From NCBI GenBank assembly GCA_012295275.1, contig CM022668.1, positions 8,184,001-8,248,000 of the forward strand: DNA of 64,000 bases. Reading direction: 5' to 3'. Each line of letters opens with the position of its first letter. The stretch's first letter is position 1. Shown one piece after another: positions 60,801 to 64,000 of this stretch. The position numbers and the translations under genes were made by a program. This stretch comes from Chrysomallon squamiferum (taxonomy: Eukaryota; Animalia; Mollusca). A model generated the notes under the pieces. The model did not search any database and was not told the DNA's origin. It saw nothing but the letters and a program-made list of their open reading frames with translations.

Positions 60801-63184
60801 CTACAAAAGATATGTCCACTATGAAGAGACTCCTGTTCTGTACTGGAACACAATGACACACAATACCATATTACTGTAATACTAAACTGAAGATATGAGA
60901 TTCCTTTGTGCTGAGGAGTTCTGGGAAGATAATCTGCAAATGTGTTGAATGGTTGTTGACAAGGGGATCAAAAATGATCAGTGATATCGCTTTTGTTTTG
61001 TGGTATTCACTTAGTGGTACAGTATGCTCTTTTAAACTATATTCACTTTAATTTGTTACTGCCCCAATTCTTTACTTTTCATAAATATTTATTATTTTCA
61101 TTTTTAAATGAAGTACATGCTTGTTCTGGATGAATTTATGACAGAAAGTATCCATAAATTAATTAAAAACAAACAAAATTAATTTTAAACAATGACACAA
61201 CAGCAAAATTTTCAAAATAACTGAAAATACTATTAATCCAAGCAAAATTAGTAATATTTAAAACAAACAGCTCCAGTTTTTCTGAATAAATACACAACCA
61301 ACAATATATATTTCATATTCAGAGATATCCAAAAACCAAATTATCATACACTGAATCTCAAGAACAAAGAAACATTCAATAAAACTCCACTTCAAATGAC
61401 AGCAACTGAATCTGAAGAATCTGTTGATGTGTTATCAATAGGAAAAATCTCAGTGAAAGAATTTTGTTAAATGGCTGCTGCACACAAAATCTTCAGTGAA
61501 AACAAACAGGTGGACTTTTGATCTAGTTGTTGTGTTTGTTCTACCTGTGTGAGATACAGGCTTTCTCAGTGCACTGACAAATCAGTTTGACACAGCAGGT
61601 CTGTTAGCAATACAAGACATCATATTGTTTAATAATAATAATATTCTGCTGTTTGCTGATTTTATCTGGAGGTTTTCTTTTCTCTTCTTTTTTCTTTTAC
61701 ATTTGCTTGATGATCCTTAATATTTTAAGTATTTTGTTATTCCAAGGATCTCATATGGAATAACTACAAATAAATTATTGTGTGATCATATATCACTTTT
61801 TTTGTAGAATATTTATTCCAAACTGAGTAAACAGGTAAAAGGTAAGCATATATAGGTTTATTACCCACATTGGTATCCTTTATAGTTGTTAACAACACTT
61901 GTGTTTTACAACACAGCAATCAAAATTGTTTTTCTTCCAACATACCTGCTCAGGTATTTCCACTATTGTCTTAGATTTATTGTAACAATTGTAATTCATG
62001 TCCAGGTATTATTAAGGTATTCTTTCAAGCTTCACCCAGATTCTTGCTCAGTGTTAAAGTCTATATAAATGTCTAATATATTTGCATAAGCTCTGGTATT
62101 TTGTTAAGCTTCTGCAACCTTGTGTAATACTACAGCTCTTATACACAATGTCCAGTATACCTGTAGACACATTCTTTGATGTTTTAATGACACAGAATAA
62201 CCACTTATATTCAGCACTGTTCTGTACTAGTGTACTCCAGAATGTAGATCAATAACCACTGAAAGTAACTCAGCCAGAAAGTAACACACATTAACACAAT
62301 ACACAACCAGTGCTGATATCCAAACCAGGAAACCAGAAACAAAAATCAATGCAGGTAGCACTTTCCTCTCAACATGATTGTTGTTTTTTTATTCCCTTTT
62401 TGCATTACTTATTTGTTTTTCCTCTTTGTTTTTGTTTATTTAATTTTTTAATTACTTTTTCTTTCTTATTTGGAATCAGTACATTTAAGATTTTGATTTG
62501 CTTTTCAATATATTTTTATTCCATTTTTAAATTTATTTTAAAACTGTTTATCTTTTCTTGTTTTTGGCTTCTTCTTAGATCAGTAGTGATGTACAACCAT
62601 TTGCATATGATCACCACCATCATTTCACATCATCTAAAACTAAATCATATATGTACACTAGATTTACTAGTAAGCAATAGACCAAATATATATTTACATC
62701 CAACACTTTAAAAAAAAAAAATGAATAGCCGAAAAGTACAATCCAATAAATTTGAACAAGAAATATTTTTCATATCCTCAAGCAAGTCAAAACATCAATC
62801 TGCACATCTCTTCAGTTGGTATTTTCAGTGAAACACCTTCTCAGGGTCATGGAAGCATTCAGAAAGATAACCACTTGACTGATGTAAGTGACAAATAGAT
62901 CACGGGGCTCATTTATGTTAGACACTGGTGATATTCGGCTGCACCTGTTTTCTTTTCAACACCCTTTACATGACCAAATACAACAAGGTAAGATGTGTGA
63001 CCAAGTTATTTAACTGTTTATTAGAAGCACGCTCCAGTTATCACTGATGCATTCATGGGCAGTGAGGCGAAACCTGCTTCATGCAGTGACCATACAGATT
63101 CATTTATAATGAGAGTGCAATTCTTTTGAGTACAGGATGTATACTTGTATTGTAAGAAAACATGTTAAAAAACAACTGAGTTTT

Positions 63185-63590
63185 TTTAACTGAGAATTTA
63201 TTAGATATCTTTACTTATTTATCTTTTTTTTACATAATAAAAGATTAAATATTAGATAAACTTTAAAATTTACTAGATATCTTTACTTATTAACCTTTTT
63301 CAAAGACTGAATATTGAGTGAATTTTAAAATTACAAATTTATGAGACATCATTACTTATTTATCTACTTTTCTTATTCAAAGACCAAGTTTTAAGCAAAT
63401 TTTAAAATTTAGAATTTAACTTGATAATTTTATTAAATTATCTGTTTCTACTTATTCAAAGACTAAGTATTAAGTGAATTCTAAAATTAAAATTTTACTA
63501 AATATCTATCCTTATTTACCTCTTTTCACTTATTCAAAGATAATTTTAAAACTAACAATTTACTATTTATACATTCACCTTTTCACTTAA
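63185..63590. repeat. Decayed ~70-bp tandem array
   Basis: Recurrent TAGATATCTTTACTTATT...TTCAAAGACT.A.TATT.AGTGAATTTTAAAATT. Confidence 0.75.
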
Positions 63591-64000
63591 TGAAAACTAT
63601 CCACATACAAAATGCGATCTTTTACATTACTTATTTAAACATACTGTATAGTCTGACAGATCAAATGAACTGTTTGGAATAGGAAACAAGATGAATTATG
63701 AACTGCTATGATGTCATAAATCATTATATCTGACCTAATAAGAACATTTTTAGAACTGAGCTGTAGTCTGCTTCCTTAAACAATAATGAAATCCTATAAT
63801 GATTTCTTTATGATAAACTAAATTACTGTTTTCATCAGTGGATATTTTACAGCATTCATAAAATGGGATATTTGTACTTACTATTCTTATTCAGTTATTG
63901 TTTACATTTCTTTGTCTTTAATTTAAAGTTGTTTGTTGTTTTTTTTTTTTAATATTATTATTATTTCTTCTTTTTTTTTTTGTATGTATTTTTTGCTGCT

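Noticed and set aside
62829-62883. Plus-strand exon-like segment (TTTTCAG...GAT|GTAAGT; ETPSQGHGSIQKDNHLTD) suggesting a nested antisense gene
   Set aside because: It is an isolated 55-nt segment with no partner exons or recognisable product; expected by chance in 64 kb.

Overview
AT-rich, CpG-depleted, microsatellite-rich animal genomic DNA (invertebrate; probably a mollusc, but the taxon cannot be fixed from this window). The whole window appears to lie inside one minus-strand gene, a Trio/Kalirin/UNC-73 family Rho-GEF. I traced 24 GT-AG exons from 54806 down to 31865 (3185 nt, about 1060 codons). They encode the C-terminal spectrin repeats, DH1, PH1, a Ser-rich linker, SH3-1 and the conserved [11 protein letters not shown] segment. 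The Sec14/early spectrin exons (>64000) and the GEF2 exons (<1) lie outside the window. Splice phases close across all junctions except one: the post-PH1 exon (42762-42911) has one extra base and an in-frame CTT-TAA-C, so it is an assembly homopolymer error, a real frameshift allele or a +1 recoding site. Most introns are under 1 kb, but three are long (>9 kb at 54807-64000, 9.1 kb at 33336-42411, >31.8 kb at 1-31864) and carry candidate isoform-building exons. The linker/SH3 intron holds frame-preserving microexons and terminal exons. The giant intron holds a possible polybasic-CaaX terminal exon and a series of phase-0 alternative first exons with different putative membrane-targeting N-termini (Cys-pair, Met-Gly, polybasic) for GEF2-only isoforms. 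Also present are a TA-flanked 557-bp Tc1/mariner-pogo-type MITE, a 39-bp minisatellite, several decayed tandem arrays and many microsatellites. No rRNA, tRNA or CRISPR array was seen. All alternative exons are sequence-only predictions. Comparisons with human Trio, Kalirin and p63RhoGEF are from recall, not from a database search.
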